A stretch of DNA of 31,218 bases from Gammaproteobacteria bacterium (GTDB lineage: Bacteria > Pseudomonadota > Gammaproteobacteria > JALTLT01). Positions 17,700-26,348 of this stretch are shown here, piece after piece. Numbering within the stretch: position 1 is the first letter of the stretch; each line of letters begins with the position of its first letter. The translations under genes and the position numbers were made by a program. The stretch spans positions 1 through 31,218 of the forward strand of contig JALTLT010000461.1 in the NCBI GenBank assembly GCA_027001815.1, in the 5' to 3' direction. The notes under the pieces are model-generated. The model was not told the origin of the DNA, searched no databases, and worked only from the letters and a program-made list of their open reading frames with translations.

Positions 17700-20600
17700 T
17701 CGCGCGCGTCATCGAATGGTCGCTGGCCAACCGCTTCCTGGTGCTGCTGCTGACGGCGATCCTCACCGGCTGGGGGATCTGGTCGGTGAAGAACACGCCG
17801 CTGGATGCGATCCCCGACCTCTCCGACGTCCAGGTGATCATCAAGACCTCCTACCCGGGGCAGGCGCCCCGGGTGGTGGAGGACCAGGTCACCTATCCTC
17901 TGACCACCGCCATGCTCTCCGTGCCCGGGGCGGTGAACGTGCGGGGCTACTCCTTCTTCGGTGACTCCTACGTCTACATCATCTTCGAGGACGGTACCGA
18001 CATCTACTGGGCCCGTTCGCGGGTGCTGGAGTACCTCTCCCAGGTGGCGCCCAACCTGCCGCCCCAGGCGCGCTCGGCCCTCGGGCCCGACGCCACCGGG
18101 GTGGGCTGGGTCTACGAGTATGCGCTGGTGGATCGCGAGAACCGCCACGACCTCGCCCAGCTCCGCTCCCTGCAGGACTGGTTCCTCAAGTACGAGCTGC
18201 AGACGGTGCCCGGGGTCTCCGAGGTGGCCACCATCGGTGGCATGGTCAAGCAGTACCAGGTGGTGCTCGACCCCAACCGGCTGCGCGCCTACGGCATCCC
18301 GCTGATGAAGGTGAAGCAGGCGATCCAGCGCGCCAACAGCGAGACCGGCGGCTCGGTGATCGAAATGGCCGAGGCCGAATACATGGTGCGCGCCACCGGC
18401 TACATCGACGATCCGGAGGATCTGCGCCGGATCCCCCTGGGGGTCAACCGGCAGGGGACGCCGATCCTGCTGCGTGACGTGGCGGAGATCCGTCTCGGTC
18501 CGCAGATGCGGCGTGGCATCGCCGACCTGGACGGGGAAGGAGAGGTGGTCGGCGGCATCATCGTCATGCGCTTCGGCGAGAACGCCCTGACCACCATCGA
18601 GGCGGTCAAGGAGAAGCTGAAGGAGCTGCAGCGCAGCCTGCCGGAGGGGGTGGAGATCGTCGAGACCTACGACCGCTCCTCCCTCATCATGCGCGCGGTG
18701 GAGACCCTGGAGGGGAAGCTGGTGGAGGAGTTCCTGGTGGTGGCGCTGGTCTGCGCCGTCTTCCTCTTCCACCTGCGTTCGGCGCTGGTGGCGATCGTCA
18801 GCCTGCCGATCGGTATCCTGGTCGCCTTCATCGTCATGCACGGCCAGGGGATCAATGCCAACATCATGTCGCTGGGTGGCATCGCCATCGCCATCGGCGC
18901 CATGGTGGACGCGGCGATCGTCATGATCGAGAACCTCCACAAGCACATGGAGCGGGAGGCGATCACCAACGAGAACCGCTGGCGGATCATCGCCGAATCG
19001 ACCAAGGAGGTGGGGCCGCCGCTCTTCTTCTCGCTGCTGATCATCACTCTCAGCTTCCTGCCGGTCTTCACCCTGGAGGCGCAGGAGGGACGGCTCTTCG
19101 CCCCCCTCGCCTTCACCAAGACCTACGCCATGGCGGCGGCGGCCGGGTTGTCGGTGACCCTGGTGCCGGTGCTGATGGGCTACTTCATCCGTGGCCACAT
19201 CACCCCGGAGCACAAGAACCCGGTCAACCGCCTGCTGATGCTCCTCTACAAACCGGTGATCAACCTGGTGCTGCGGGCGCCGAAGACGGTGCTGGCGGTC
19301 TGCGTGGCGCTGGTGATCGTCGGCTTCTGGCCCATCGACAAGATCGGCTCGGAGTTCATGCCCGATCTGGACGAGGGGGACCTGATGTACATGCCCACCA
19401 CCTTTCCGGGGGTCTCGGTGGGCAAGGCGCGTCAGCTCCTGCAGCAGACCGACCGGCTGATCCGCACCGTGCCGGAGGTGAAGCGGGTGTTCGGCAAGAT
19501 CGGTCGTGCCGAGACCGCCACCGACCCGGCGCCCCTGACCATGATCGAGACCACCATCCAGCTCAAGCCGCGCGACCAGTGGCGGGAGGGGATGACCCTG
19601 GAGAAGCTGATCGAGGAGCTCAACGAGCTGATCAAGTTCCCCGGTCTCACCAACGCCTGGGTGATGCCCATCAAGACCCGCATCGACATGCTCGCCACCG
19701 GTATCAAGACGCCGGTGGGGATCAAGGTATCGGGGCCCGACCTGTCGGTGATCCAGGAGATCGGCAAGCGGATCGAGGAGGTGATCCAGCAGGTGCCGGG
19801 CACCCTCTCGGCCTACTCGGAGCGGGTCGCCGGCGGACGCTACGTGACGGTGGACATCGACCGGGTGGCCGCCTCCCGCTTCGGCCTCAACATCGCCGAC
19901 GTGCAGATGGTGATCTCCAGCGCGGTGGGCGGCATGCAGGTGGCCCAGTCGGTGGAAGGGCTGGAGCGCTATCCCATCAACCTGCGCTACCCGCGCGAGG
20001 TGCGCGACTCCCTCGAGGATCTGCGCAACCTGCCCATCGTCACCCCCTCGGGGGCACAGATCTCCCTGGGCGAGGTGGCCGACGTGCGGGTCGAGGACGG
20101 GCCGGCGGTGATCAAGAGCGAGAACGCCCGCCCCAACGGCTGGACCTTCGTCGACATCCGCGGTCGTGACCTGGGCTCCTACGTGGCCGAGGCGCAGAGG
20201 GTAGTGGCCGAGCAGGTGGAGCTGCCCCCCGGCTACTCCATCGCCTGGTCGGGGCAGTACGAGTACATGGTGCGGGCCAAGGAACGGCTCTCGGTGGTGG
20301 TGCCGCTGACCCTGGTGATCATCGTCCTGCTGCTCTACCTGAACTTCCGCAACGTGGTGGAGGTGGGGATCATCATGGGTACCCTGCCGCTGGCCCTGGT
20401 GGGGGGTGTCTGGCTCCTCTACCTGCTCGACTTCAACATGTCGGTGGCGGTAGGGGTCGGCTTCATCGCCCTGGCCGGCGTAGCGGTGGAGATCGGGGTG
20501 GTGATGCTGGTCTATCTCAACCAGGCCTACCGCCGCAAGCGCCAGGAGATGGGCGATGCGTTCACCATCGAGCACCTGCGCGAGGCGGTGATCGAGGGGG

Positions 20601-20815
20601 CGCTGATGCGCGTGCGGCCGATCATGATGACGGTGGCGGCGATCATCGCCGGCCTGCTGCCGATCATGCTCGGCACCGGCACCGGCTCGGAAGTGATGCA
20701 GCGCATCGCCGCGCCGATGGTGGGCGGCATGGTCAGCGCGACCATCCTCACCCTCATCGTCATTCCTTCCGTCTTCCTGGTCTGGAAGGGAGTGGAGCTG
20801 AAGAGGAGGGGTTGA
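17696..20815 (+). CDS. cusA: Cu(I)/Ag(I) RND efflux permease, CusA/SilA family
   Basis: [84 protein letters not shown]; 1039 aa; ATGA coupling to cusB. Confidence 0.96.
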   Translation: MIARVIEWSLANRFLVLLLTAILTGWGIWSVKNTPLDAIPDLSDVQVIIKTSYPGQAPRVVEDQVTYPLTTAMLSVPGAVNVRGYSFFGDSYVYIIFEDGTDIYWARSRVLEYLSQVAPNLPPQARSALGPDATGVGWVYEYALVDRENRHDLAQLRSLQDWFLKYELQTVPGVSEVATIGGMVKQYQVVLDPNRLRAYGIPLMKVKQAIQRANSETGGSVIEMAEAEYMVRATGYIDDPEDLRRIPLGVNRQGTPILLRDVAEIRLGPQMRRGIADLDGEGEVVGGIIVMRFGENALTTIEAVKEKLKELQRSLPEGVEIVETYDRSSLIMRAVETLEGKLVEEFLVVALVCAVFLFHLRSALVAIVSLPIGILVAFIVMHGQGINANIMSLGGIAIAIGAMVDAAIVMIENLHKHMEREAITNENRWRIIAESTKEVGPPLFFSLLIITLSFLPVFTLEAQEGRLFAPLAFTKTYAMAAAAGLSVTLVPVLMGYFIRGHITPEHKNPVNRLLMLLYKPVINLVLRAPKTVLAVCVALVIVGFWPIDKIGSEFMPDLDEGDLMYMPTTFPGVSVGKARQLLQQTDRLIRTVPEVKRVFGKIGRAETATDPAPLTMIETTIQLKPRDQWREGMTLEKLIEELNELIKFPGLTNAWVMPIKTRIDMLATGIKTPVGIKVSGPDLSVIQEIGKRIEEVIQQVPGTLSAYSERVAGGRYVTVDIDRVAASRFGLNIADVQMVISSAVGGMQVAQSVEGLERYPINLRYPREVRDSLEDLRNLPIVTPSGAQISLGEVADVRVEDGPAVIKSENARPNGWTFVDIRGRDLGSYVAEAQRVVAEQVELPPGYSIAWSGQYEYMVRAKERLSVVVPLTLVIIVLLLYLNFRNVVEVGIIMGTLPLALVGGVWLLYLLDFNMSVAVGVGFIALAGVAVEIGVVMLVYLNQAYRRKRQEMGDAFTIEHLREAVIEGALMRVRPIMMTVAAIIAGLLPIMLGTGTGSEVMQRIAAPMVGGMVSATILTLIVIPSVFLVWKGVELKRRG

Positions 20816-20823
20816 CCTCCGGA

Positions 20824-20863
20824 GGCGGCCCGCGTCCCGCCGGGACGTGGGCCGCCCCTTTTT
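20824..20863 (+). terminator. Intrinsic terminator after cusA
   Basis: 15-bp stem ggcggcccgcgtccc / gggacgtgggccgcc (1 G-U), 3-nt loop, followed by ccttttt. Confidence 0.7.
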
Positions 20864-20893
20864 CGGGGCCGACGGCCCCAGAGGAGCGGAATC

Positions 20894-21208
20894 ATGAACT
20901 ACCGAAAGATCACGGCCATCTTCCCCTCCATCCTCCTCGAGGAGATGGAGCGGGCGCTGGAGCGGAAGGGGGTGCCCGGCATGACCGTCACCCGGGTGCG
21001 GGGGCTGGGCGACTACCGCAACTTCTACACCGAGGACAACCTGGTGGACTGTGCGCGCATCGAGATCTTCACCACCGTGGAGGAGGCGCCGCGGATCACC
21101 GCGGTGATCCGCGAGATGGTGGAGGAGAAGGTGGGTGGCGGGGCGCTGGTGGCGGTGCTGCCGGTGGAGGAACTGCTCCACCTGCACGGCGGAGAGGCAG
21201 TCGGCTGA
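20894..21208 (+). CDS. PII-family (GlnB-like) protein associated with the metal efflux operon
   Basis: 104 aa, KITAIF....LEE...AL...GVPGMTVTRVRGLG...RIEIF..VEE....I......GGG.LVAVLPVEE; RBS GAGGAG. Short divergent T-loop, so not canonical GlnB/GlnK. Confidence 0.85.
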   Translation: MNYRKITAIFPSILLEEMERALERKGVPGMTVTRVRGLGDYRNFYTEDNLVDCARIEIFTTVEEAPRITAVIREMVEEKVGGGALVAVLPVEELLHLHGGEAVG

Positions 21209-21227
21209 CGCGCTGCTCGGGCGGCCC

Positions 21228-21256
21228 CTTGAAACGGCCTCCCGTCGCCCCCACCT
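21228..21256 (+). promoter_or_regulatory. Sigma32 (RpoH) heat-shock promoter of htpG
   Basis: CTTGAAA (21228-34), N14, CCCCACCT (21249-56); fits the CTTGAAA-N13/14-CCCCATnT consensus, upstream of a known RpoH-regulon gene. Confidence 0.8.
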
Positions 21257-21332
21257 GACGGTCAGGTTTCACCCCGGAGCGGGCGGAAGTGTCGTGCCCG
21301 TCCCGGCAAACGAGAGAGGAGCGCACTGACCC

Positions 21333-23225
21333 ATGACCGTCGACACCCACAAGGAGACCCTCGAGTTCCAGACCGAGGTGCAGCAGCTCCTGCACCTGAT
21401 GATCCACTCCCTCTACTCCAACAAGGAGATCTTCCTCCGCGAGCTGATCTCCAACGCCTCCGACGCCTGCGACAAGCTGCGCTTCGAGGCGCTCTCCGAC
21501 GAGGCGCTCTACGAGGGCGACGCGGAGCTGCGGGTGGAGATCGAGGTGGACCGGGAGGCGCGTACCCTCACCGTGCGCGACAACGGCATCGGCATGAGTC
21601 GCCAGGAGGTGGTGGAGAACCTGGGTACCATCGCCCGCTCCGGCACCCGCCGCTTCCTGGAGCAGCTCAGCGGCGACCAGCAGAAGGACGCGAAGCTCAT
21701 CGGCCAGTTCGGGGTCGGCTTCTACTCCAGCTTCATCGTCGCCGACCGGGTCACCGTGCGCACGCGGCGCGCCGGCCTCACCTCCGAGCACGGGGTGCAG
21801 TGGGAGTCGGACGGCCAGGGCGCCTACACCCTGGAGAACATCGAGCGCGAGCCGCGTGGCACCGAGGTGATCCTCCACCTCAAGGAGGGGGAGGACGACT
21901 TCCTGGACGGATTCCATCTCCGCCACATCGTCAAGAAGTACTCGGACCACATCACCCTGCCGGTGAAGATGCGCAAGGAGGGCGAAGAGGGGGAGGGCGA
22001 ATGGGAGGTGGTCAATCGCGCCTCCGCCCTCTGGAGCCGGCCGCGCAACGAGATCACGGACGAGGAGTACCGGGAGTTCTACCGTCATCTCACCCACGAC
22101 TGGGAGGATCCGCTGGCCTGGATCCACAACCACGTGGAGGGGAGCCAGTCCTACACCACCCTCTTCTACATCCCGAAACGGGCCCCCTTCGATCTCTGGG
22201 ACCGTGACCGGCGCAGCGGCATCAAGCTCTACGTGAAGCGGGTCTTCATCATGGACGACGCCGAGCATCTGATGCCCAACTGGCTCCGTTTCGTCCGCGG
22301 ACTGGTGGATTCCGATGATCTGCCGCTCAACATCTCCCGCGAGATCCTCCAGCACAACCGCCAGATCGACACCATCCGCGCCGCCTCGGTGAAGCGGGTC
22401 CTCGGCCTGCTGGAGAAGATGGCCAAGGAAGAGCCGCAGAAGTACCGTGAGTTCTGGGCCGCCTTCGGCCAGGTGCTCAAGGAGGGGCCGGCGGAGGATC
22501 CCGCCAACCGGGAGCGGATCGCCGCCCTGTTCCGGTTCGCCTCCACCCACACCGACAGCGAGGAGCAGAGCGTCTCCCTCGACGACTACGTCGGACGGAT
22601 GAAGGAGGGGCAGGATGCGATCTACTACGTCACCGCCGACACCTTCGCCGCGGCCCGCAACAGTCCCCATCTGGAGGTGTTCCGCGACAAGGGGGTGGAG
22701 GTGCTGCTGCTCCACGACCGGGTGGACGAGTGGATGACCTCCCACCTCCACGAGTACAAGGGCAAGAAACTGAAGAACATCGCCAAGGGCGACCTGGATC
22801 TCGGCGAGCTGGAGGACGAGAAGGAGAAGGAGCAGATCCAGGAGGCGGAGAAGACGTACCGGGAGCTGGTGGAGCGGATGGCCAGGGTGCTCGGCGAGCG
22901 GGTCAAGGAGGTGCGCGTCTCCCACCGTCTGAAGCGATCTCCCTCCTGCCTGGTGCTGGGCGAGCACGACATGGCGGTCTCTCTGCAGAAGATCCTCCGC
23001 CAGGCGGGCCACGAGGTGCCCCAGGTGAAGGCGACCCTGGAGATCAACCCCGGCCATCCGCTGGTGGAGCGGATCCGCGAGGAGCAGGACGACAGGCGCT
23101 TCGAGGACTGGACCTGGCTCCTCTACGAGCAGGCGTGGCTCAACGAGGGTGGTCAGCTCGACGACCCGGCCAGCTTCGTGCAGCGTCTCAACGAGCTGCT
23201 TCTGCTGCTCTCCGCTGGGAAGTGA
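21333..23225 (+). CDS. htpG: Molecular chaperone HtpG (Hsp90)
   Basis: [61 protein letters not shown]. Confidence 0.98.
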   Translation: MTVDTHKETLEFQTEVQQLLHLMIHSLYSNKEIFLRELISNASDACDKLRFEALSDEALYEGDAELRVEIEVDREARTLTVRDNGIGMSRQEVVENLGTIARSGTRRFLEQLSGDQQKDAKLIGQFGVGFYSSFIVADRVTVRTRRAGLTSEHGVQWESDGQGAYTLENIEREPRGTEVILHLKEGEDDFLDGFHLRHIVKKYSDHITLPVKMRKEGEEGEGEWEVVNRASALWSRPRNEITDEEYREFYRHLTHDWEDPLAWIHNHVEGSQSYTTLFYIPKRAPFDLWDRDRRSGIKLYVKRVFIMDDAEHLMPNWLRFVRGLVDSDDLPLNISREILQHNRQIDTIRAASVKRVLGLLEKMAKEEPQKYREFWAAFGQVLKEGPAEDPANRERIAALFRFASTHTDSEEQSVSLDDYVGRMKEGQDAIYYVTADTFAAARNSPHLEVFRDKGVEVLLLHDRVDEWMTSHLHEYKGKKLKNIAKGDLDLGELEDEKEKEQIQEAEKTYRELVERMARVLGERVKEVRVSHRLKRSPSCLVLGEHDMAVSLQKILRQAGHEVPQVKATLEINPGHPLVERIREEQDDRRFEDWTWLLYEQAWLNEGGQLDDPASFVQRLNELLLLLSAGK

Positions 23226-23235
23226 TCCGTCTTGG

Positions 23236-23278
23236 CAGGATGTTGAAAAAGGCTAGGACGGCCTTTTTCAACATCCTG
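23236..23278. mobile_element. MITE-like element copy 3, minimal 43-bp form; probably also a bidirectional terminator
   Basis: caggatgttgaaaaaggc-taggacg-gcctttttcaacatcctg: perfect 18-bp stem; flanks TTGG / TTAG; between convergent htpG and GGDEF-EAL genes. Confidence 0.8.
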
Positions 23279-25669
23279 TTAGCCGAGGAGGGAATCCGCT
23301 TCCCCCGGCGAGCCGGCGGGGGGAGGGGAGGGAAACCACCCATCCCGGATCATCCGCTGCAGATGTGACAGGGGCATGGGGCGGGCGAAGTGGAAGCCCT
23401 GGAACCGGTCGCAACCGGCGTCGCGCAGCCGCGCCGCCTGTTGCCGGTTCTCCACCCCCTCGGCAAGGACCGGAATGTCGAGGCTTCGGCCGAGGTCGAT
23501 GATTCCCATGATGAGCTTGTAGTCCTGGGAGTCGGTGAGGATGTTCTGGACGAATTCGCGATCGATCTTGAGTTCGGAGAGAGGGAGCCGGGTGAGGAGA
23601 CTGAGCGAGGAGTAACCGGTTCCGAAATCGTCCAGGGAGATCTCCATGCCCTCGCCGCGCAGCCGGTCGAGCCGCTCCCGTGCGTGTTCCAGGTCGTGGA
23701 TGAAGAGGCTCTCGGTCACCTCGATCACCAGCGTGCGGGTGGGGTGGTGGTAGTTGCGGCAGAGGGCGATCATCGCATCCACGAACCCTTCGTCGCGGAG
23801 CTGGCTGGCGGAGACGTTGAGCGCGATGCGGAAATTTCGGGAGGCCTCTGCGAGAGGGATCAGGGAGGCGGAGTCGACCAGCGCCTTTTCGGTCACCATG
23901 AGGCCGATCTCCCGCATCAGGCCCATGTTCTCGGCGATCGGAATGAACCGGTCGGGGGGGATGTCGCCCAGCGTGTCGTGGTGCCAGCGCACCAGGGCCT
24001 CCGCACCGACGATCTCGCCGCTCCTGGCATCGATCTGGGGCTGATAGACGACGGAGAACTCCCCCCGTTCCAGGGCACCCGCCAGCGCCTGTTCGATCCT
24101 CGTGTCCCCCCCGGTCTGGTCTTCGAGGCGGGGCTGGTAGTGGAAGATGCCTGCATGGAGGCGCTTGGCCTCGTACATCGCCATGTCCGCCCGGCGGAGC
24201 AGCTCTTCGAGCCGCGTGCCGTCGCGGGGTGCCCGGGCGATGCCGATGCTGGCGCGGATGGAGAACTGCATCTCGCCGCACGCGATCGGCGTTCGGAGAG
24301 CGGCCAGAAAGCGTCGGCAGATCGTCTCGAGCTGCTCCTTCGGCACCGCCTCCCAGAGGACGATGAACTCGTCCCCACCCTGGCGGAAGACGCAGTGGTC
24401 GCCGAAATGGTGCTGCAGGCGAACCCCCACCTCGCGCAGGATCGCGTCGCCCACCGAGTGTCCGTGCAGGTCGTTGATCCCCTTGAAGTTGTCCAGGTCG
24501 ATGAAGAGCAGGGAGAAGCCCTGCCTGCGGCTCATGGACCATTCCGGGAAACGGTCGCTCAGGTTGCGGCGGTTCGGCAGGCGGGTCAACTGATCGTGAC
24601 TCGCCAGGTAGGCCAGCTCCGCCTCGTTCCTCCGCTGTTGGCGGATGGCGGCGCGGAAGATCAAATAGAGCAACCCGTTGAAGATCAGCAGCAGCCCGAG
24701 GGTCCAGAGCGCCTGGCGCGAGAAGCGCAGGAGGACTTCGGTGAGCGGCATCGCCGTGAGGGTGTAGTAGCCGTAGAGGCTCGTGTAGCCGATGCAGACC
24801 CGCCCCCAGTTGCCGCGGAAATCGGGGGCATAGAGATGGACCTTGCTTCCCTCCTCCGGACGGCTGGTGATAGAGAGGCCCTGCCGGGCCAGCAGTCGGT
24901 CGTAGATCTCCAGAACCCTCTGGCTGATGGGGGAGGCGTAGTAGGCCTCCATCTCGGGACCCGAGATGTAGGATCCGTACTGTCGGTACATGTCCTCCCG
25001 GATCACCGCGAAACGGATCGGGGCGGGTACCGACTCCTTCGACCAGAGGCTCTCGCCGGCGCCGAGTCTCAGTCCCGTGGTGATGACCGCCACCACCCGC
25101 CCCTCGCCATCGCGCAGGGGGTAGCGCATGGGGATAATCCAGCCGCCGGCCGTCGGCAGATGGTAGGTCCTGCCGATCACCATCCGCTCCGCGTCGAGCG
25201 CCTTCGAGAAGGTGTCCGAGGTGCGTGGGTCGAGGGCCAGGTTGGGGACCCGTGAGCGATCGAGGTTTTGGGTGGTGAGAATCAGGTTGCCCTCGGGATC
25301 TGCCAGCCCGAAGCCCGCGAGCTCGGGGTTGCGCTGCAGAAGACGGTCGATCAGCTCGCGCGCGCGGGGTGAGTCGCGCAGGCCTTCCAGCTCCAGCAGC
25401 CGTTCACCGAGAACCTCCAGCAGCGTCTCGTACTTGCGCATCACCATCTGCAGGGAGTTGATAATCTGGTCGTTGGCGCTGGAGAGTTCCAGTGACACCT
25501 CTTCCTCGATGTTGCGCCACTGCAGGAACAGCACCGCTACTCCCAGGAGCAGCGAGGTGGCACCGACGAAGAAGTAGAGCCGCCACCAGGCGTGGAGTGG
25601 CCGCGCGCTCCTCGTGGAGAGTGAGTGACTCTTCCGTTCACTCGTCTGGGGAGGTGGGAGACTCGCCAT
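23279..25669 (-). CDS. Membrane-bound GGDEF-EAL (diguanylate cyclase/phosphodiesterase) protein with a periplasmic Cache-like sensor
   Basis: Two TM segments flanking a ~270-aa sensor region; SHDQLTRLPNRR, FIDLDNFKGINDLHGH.VGD, GGDEF; EALVRW, DDFGTGYSS, ELKIDR, AEGVE. Start ATG 25669 (or 25690). Confidence 0.9.
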   Translation of the reverse strand: MASLPPPQTSERKSHSLSTRSARPLHAWWRLYFFVGATSLLLGVAVLFLQWRNIEEEVSLELSSANDQIINSLQMVMRKYETLLEVLGERLLELEGLRDSPRARELIDRLLQRNPELAGFGLADPEGNLILTTQNLDRSRVPNLALDPRTSDTFSKALDAERMVIGRTYHLPTAGGWIIPMRYPLRDGEGRVVAVITTGLRLGAGESLWSKESVPAPIRFAVIREDMYRQYGSYISGPEMEAYYASPISQRVLEIYDRLLARQGLSITSRPEEGSKVHLYAPDFRGNWGRVCIGYTSLYGYYTLTAMPLTEVLLRFSRQALWTLGLLLIFNGLLYLIFRAAIRQQRRNEAELAYLASHDQLTRLPNRRNLSDRFPEWSMSRRQGFSLLFIDLDNFKGINDLHGHSVGDAILREVGVRLQHHFGDHCVFRQGGDEFIVLWEAVPKEQLETICRRFLAALRTPIACGEMQFSIRASIGIARAPRDGTRLEELLRRADMAMYEAKRLHAGIFHYQPRLEDQTGGDTRIEQALAGALERGEFSVVYQPQIDARSGEIVGAEALVRWHHDTLGDIPPDRFIPIAENMGLMREIGLMVTEKALVDSASLIPLAEASRNFRIALNVSASQLRDEGFVDAMIALCRNYHHPTRTLVIEVTESLFIHDLEHARERLDRLRGEGMEISLDDFGTGYSSLSLLTRLPLSELKIDREFVQNILTDSQDYKLIMGIIDLGRSLDIPVLAEGVENRQQAARLRDAGCDRFQGFHFARPMPLSHLQRMIRDGWFPSPPPAGSPGEADSLLG

Positions 25670-25759
25670 TCCGTGATCAGGGGGGCGCAACCTGGAGAGG
25701 GAGAAGGTGCCGGTGGCCTCTTGTCCGCCAACGGGGAGGCTGCCCTCCGTCGGCCCTGG

Positions 25760-25920
25760 CAGGCCGTTGAATGGCCCTGTTTTTCGGCGGCTTGGGAGTG
25801 ATGCAGGGGTGCATTGCCGTTTCCAATGAGGTCAGGTCATTGAAAACGCGAGGAAACCGGGAGCCGCGCCTTCGGCTTCCGGCGTTGAAAAAGGCCAGGA
25901 CGGCCTCTTTCAACATCCTG
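25760..25920 (+). mobile_element. MITE-like element copy 4, full length (161 bp)
   Basis: Same length as copy 2 and aligns without gaps (about 125/161 identical by hand count; last ~50 nt nearly identical); flanks CTGG / CCAG. Confidence 0.85.
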
Positions 25921-26067
25921 CCAGACTCCCCGGAAAGCGGTCGAGGTCGCGGTGAACCTCGATCTGGCGATCCTCCCGGGAGGTGTGATTTCGAGACCGG
26001 CGCCGCCACGGGCTTGTCGTCTGAATCCATGGGGAGATTCTAGCGCCTCGCCCCTGCCGGGTTCCAG

Positions 26068-26191
26068 CAGGCTGTTTGTGGCCCAGGGAGGCACCGCCGC
26101 ATTTTCAATGCCGTCGGGGGGAGGAAGCCGGAAACCGCGTTTTCGGGCTCCCCGCGTCGAAAGAGGTCGGGACGGCCTTTTTGCCGTCCCG
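26068..26191 (+). mobile_element. MITE-like element copy 5, degenerate
   Basis: caggctgtt...gcaccgccgcattttcaatg...gaggaagccggaaaccgcgttttcgg...ggacggccttttt...cccg; flanks CCAG / CCGG. Confidence 0.7.
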
Positions 26192-26289
26192 CCGGAAGGG
26201 GAAAGGATCGCCCCCCCGTCGGTCGCGAGGCGGTGCCGGAGAGAGACGTCTCTTTCCGCTCCGCCGTCGTTCCCGGGGACGGACGGAAT

Positions 26290-26319
26290 TTGACGCATGA
26301 CGGGTCCGTGTCCTATCTT
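26290..26319 (+). promoter_or_regulatory. Sigma70 promoter candidate for the lnt-like gene
   Basis: TTGACG-N18-TATCTT, followed by GGAGG (26338-42) and GTG start 26349. Confidence 0.55.
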
Positions 26320-26348
26320 CTCGCCCACGGATTCCACGGAGGAAGGCA

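Noticed and set aside
17648-21187. 1179-aa ORF antisense to cusA (also 15966-17696 and 14779-16107 antisense to cusB/cusC)
   Set aside because: Codon-register shadows of strongly biased GC-rich genes; no recognisable motifs.
21096-23057. 653-aa ORF antisense to htpG
   Set aside because: Long antisense frames opposite chaperone genes are a familiar by-product of codon bias; no motif or RBS support.
23236-23278. Repeats as a CRISPR array or tRNA/attachment-site remnants
   Set aside because: Copies are dispersed over kilobases with no regular repeat-spacer period, no cas genes, no cloverleaf and no integrase.
25921-26067. Possible riboswitch (e.g. c-di-GMP) or sRNA between MITE copies 4 and 5
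   Set aside because: Only short generic stems; the conserved c-di-GMP-I/II sequence signatures were not found by eye. An Rfam scan would settle it.
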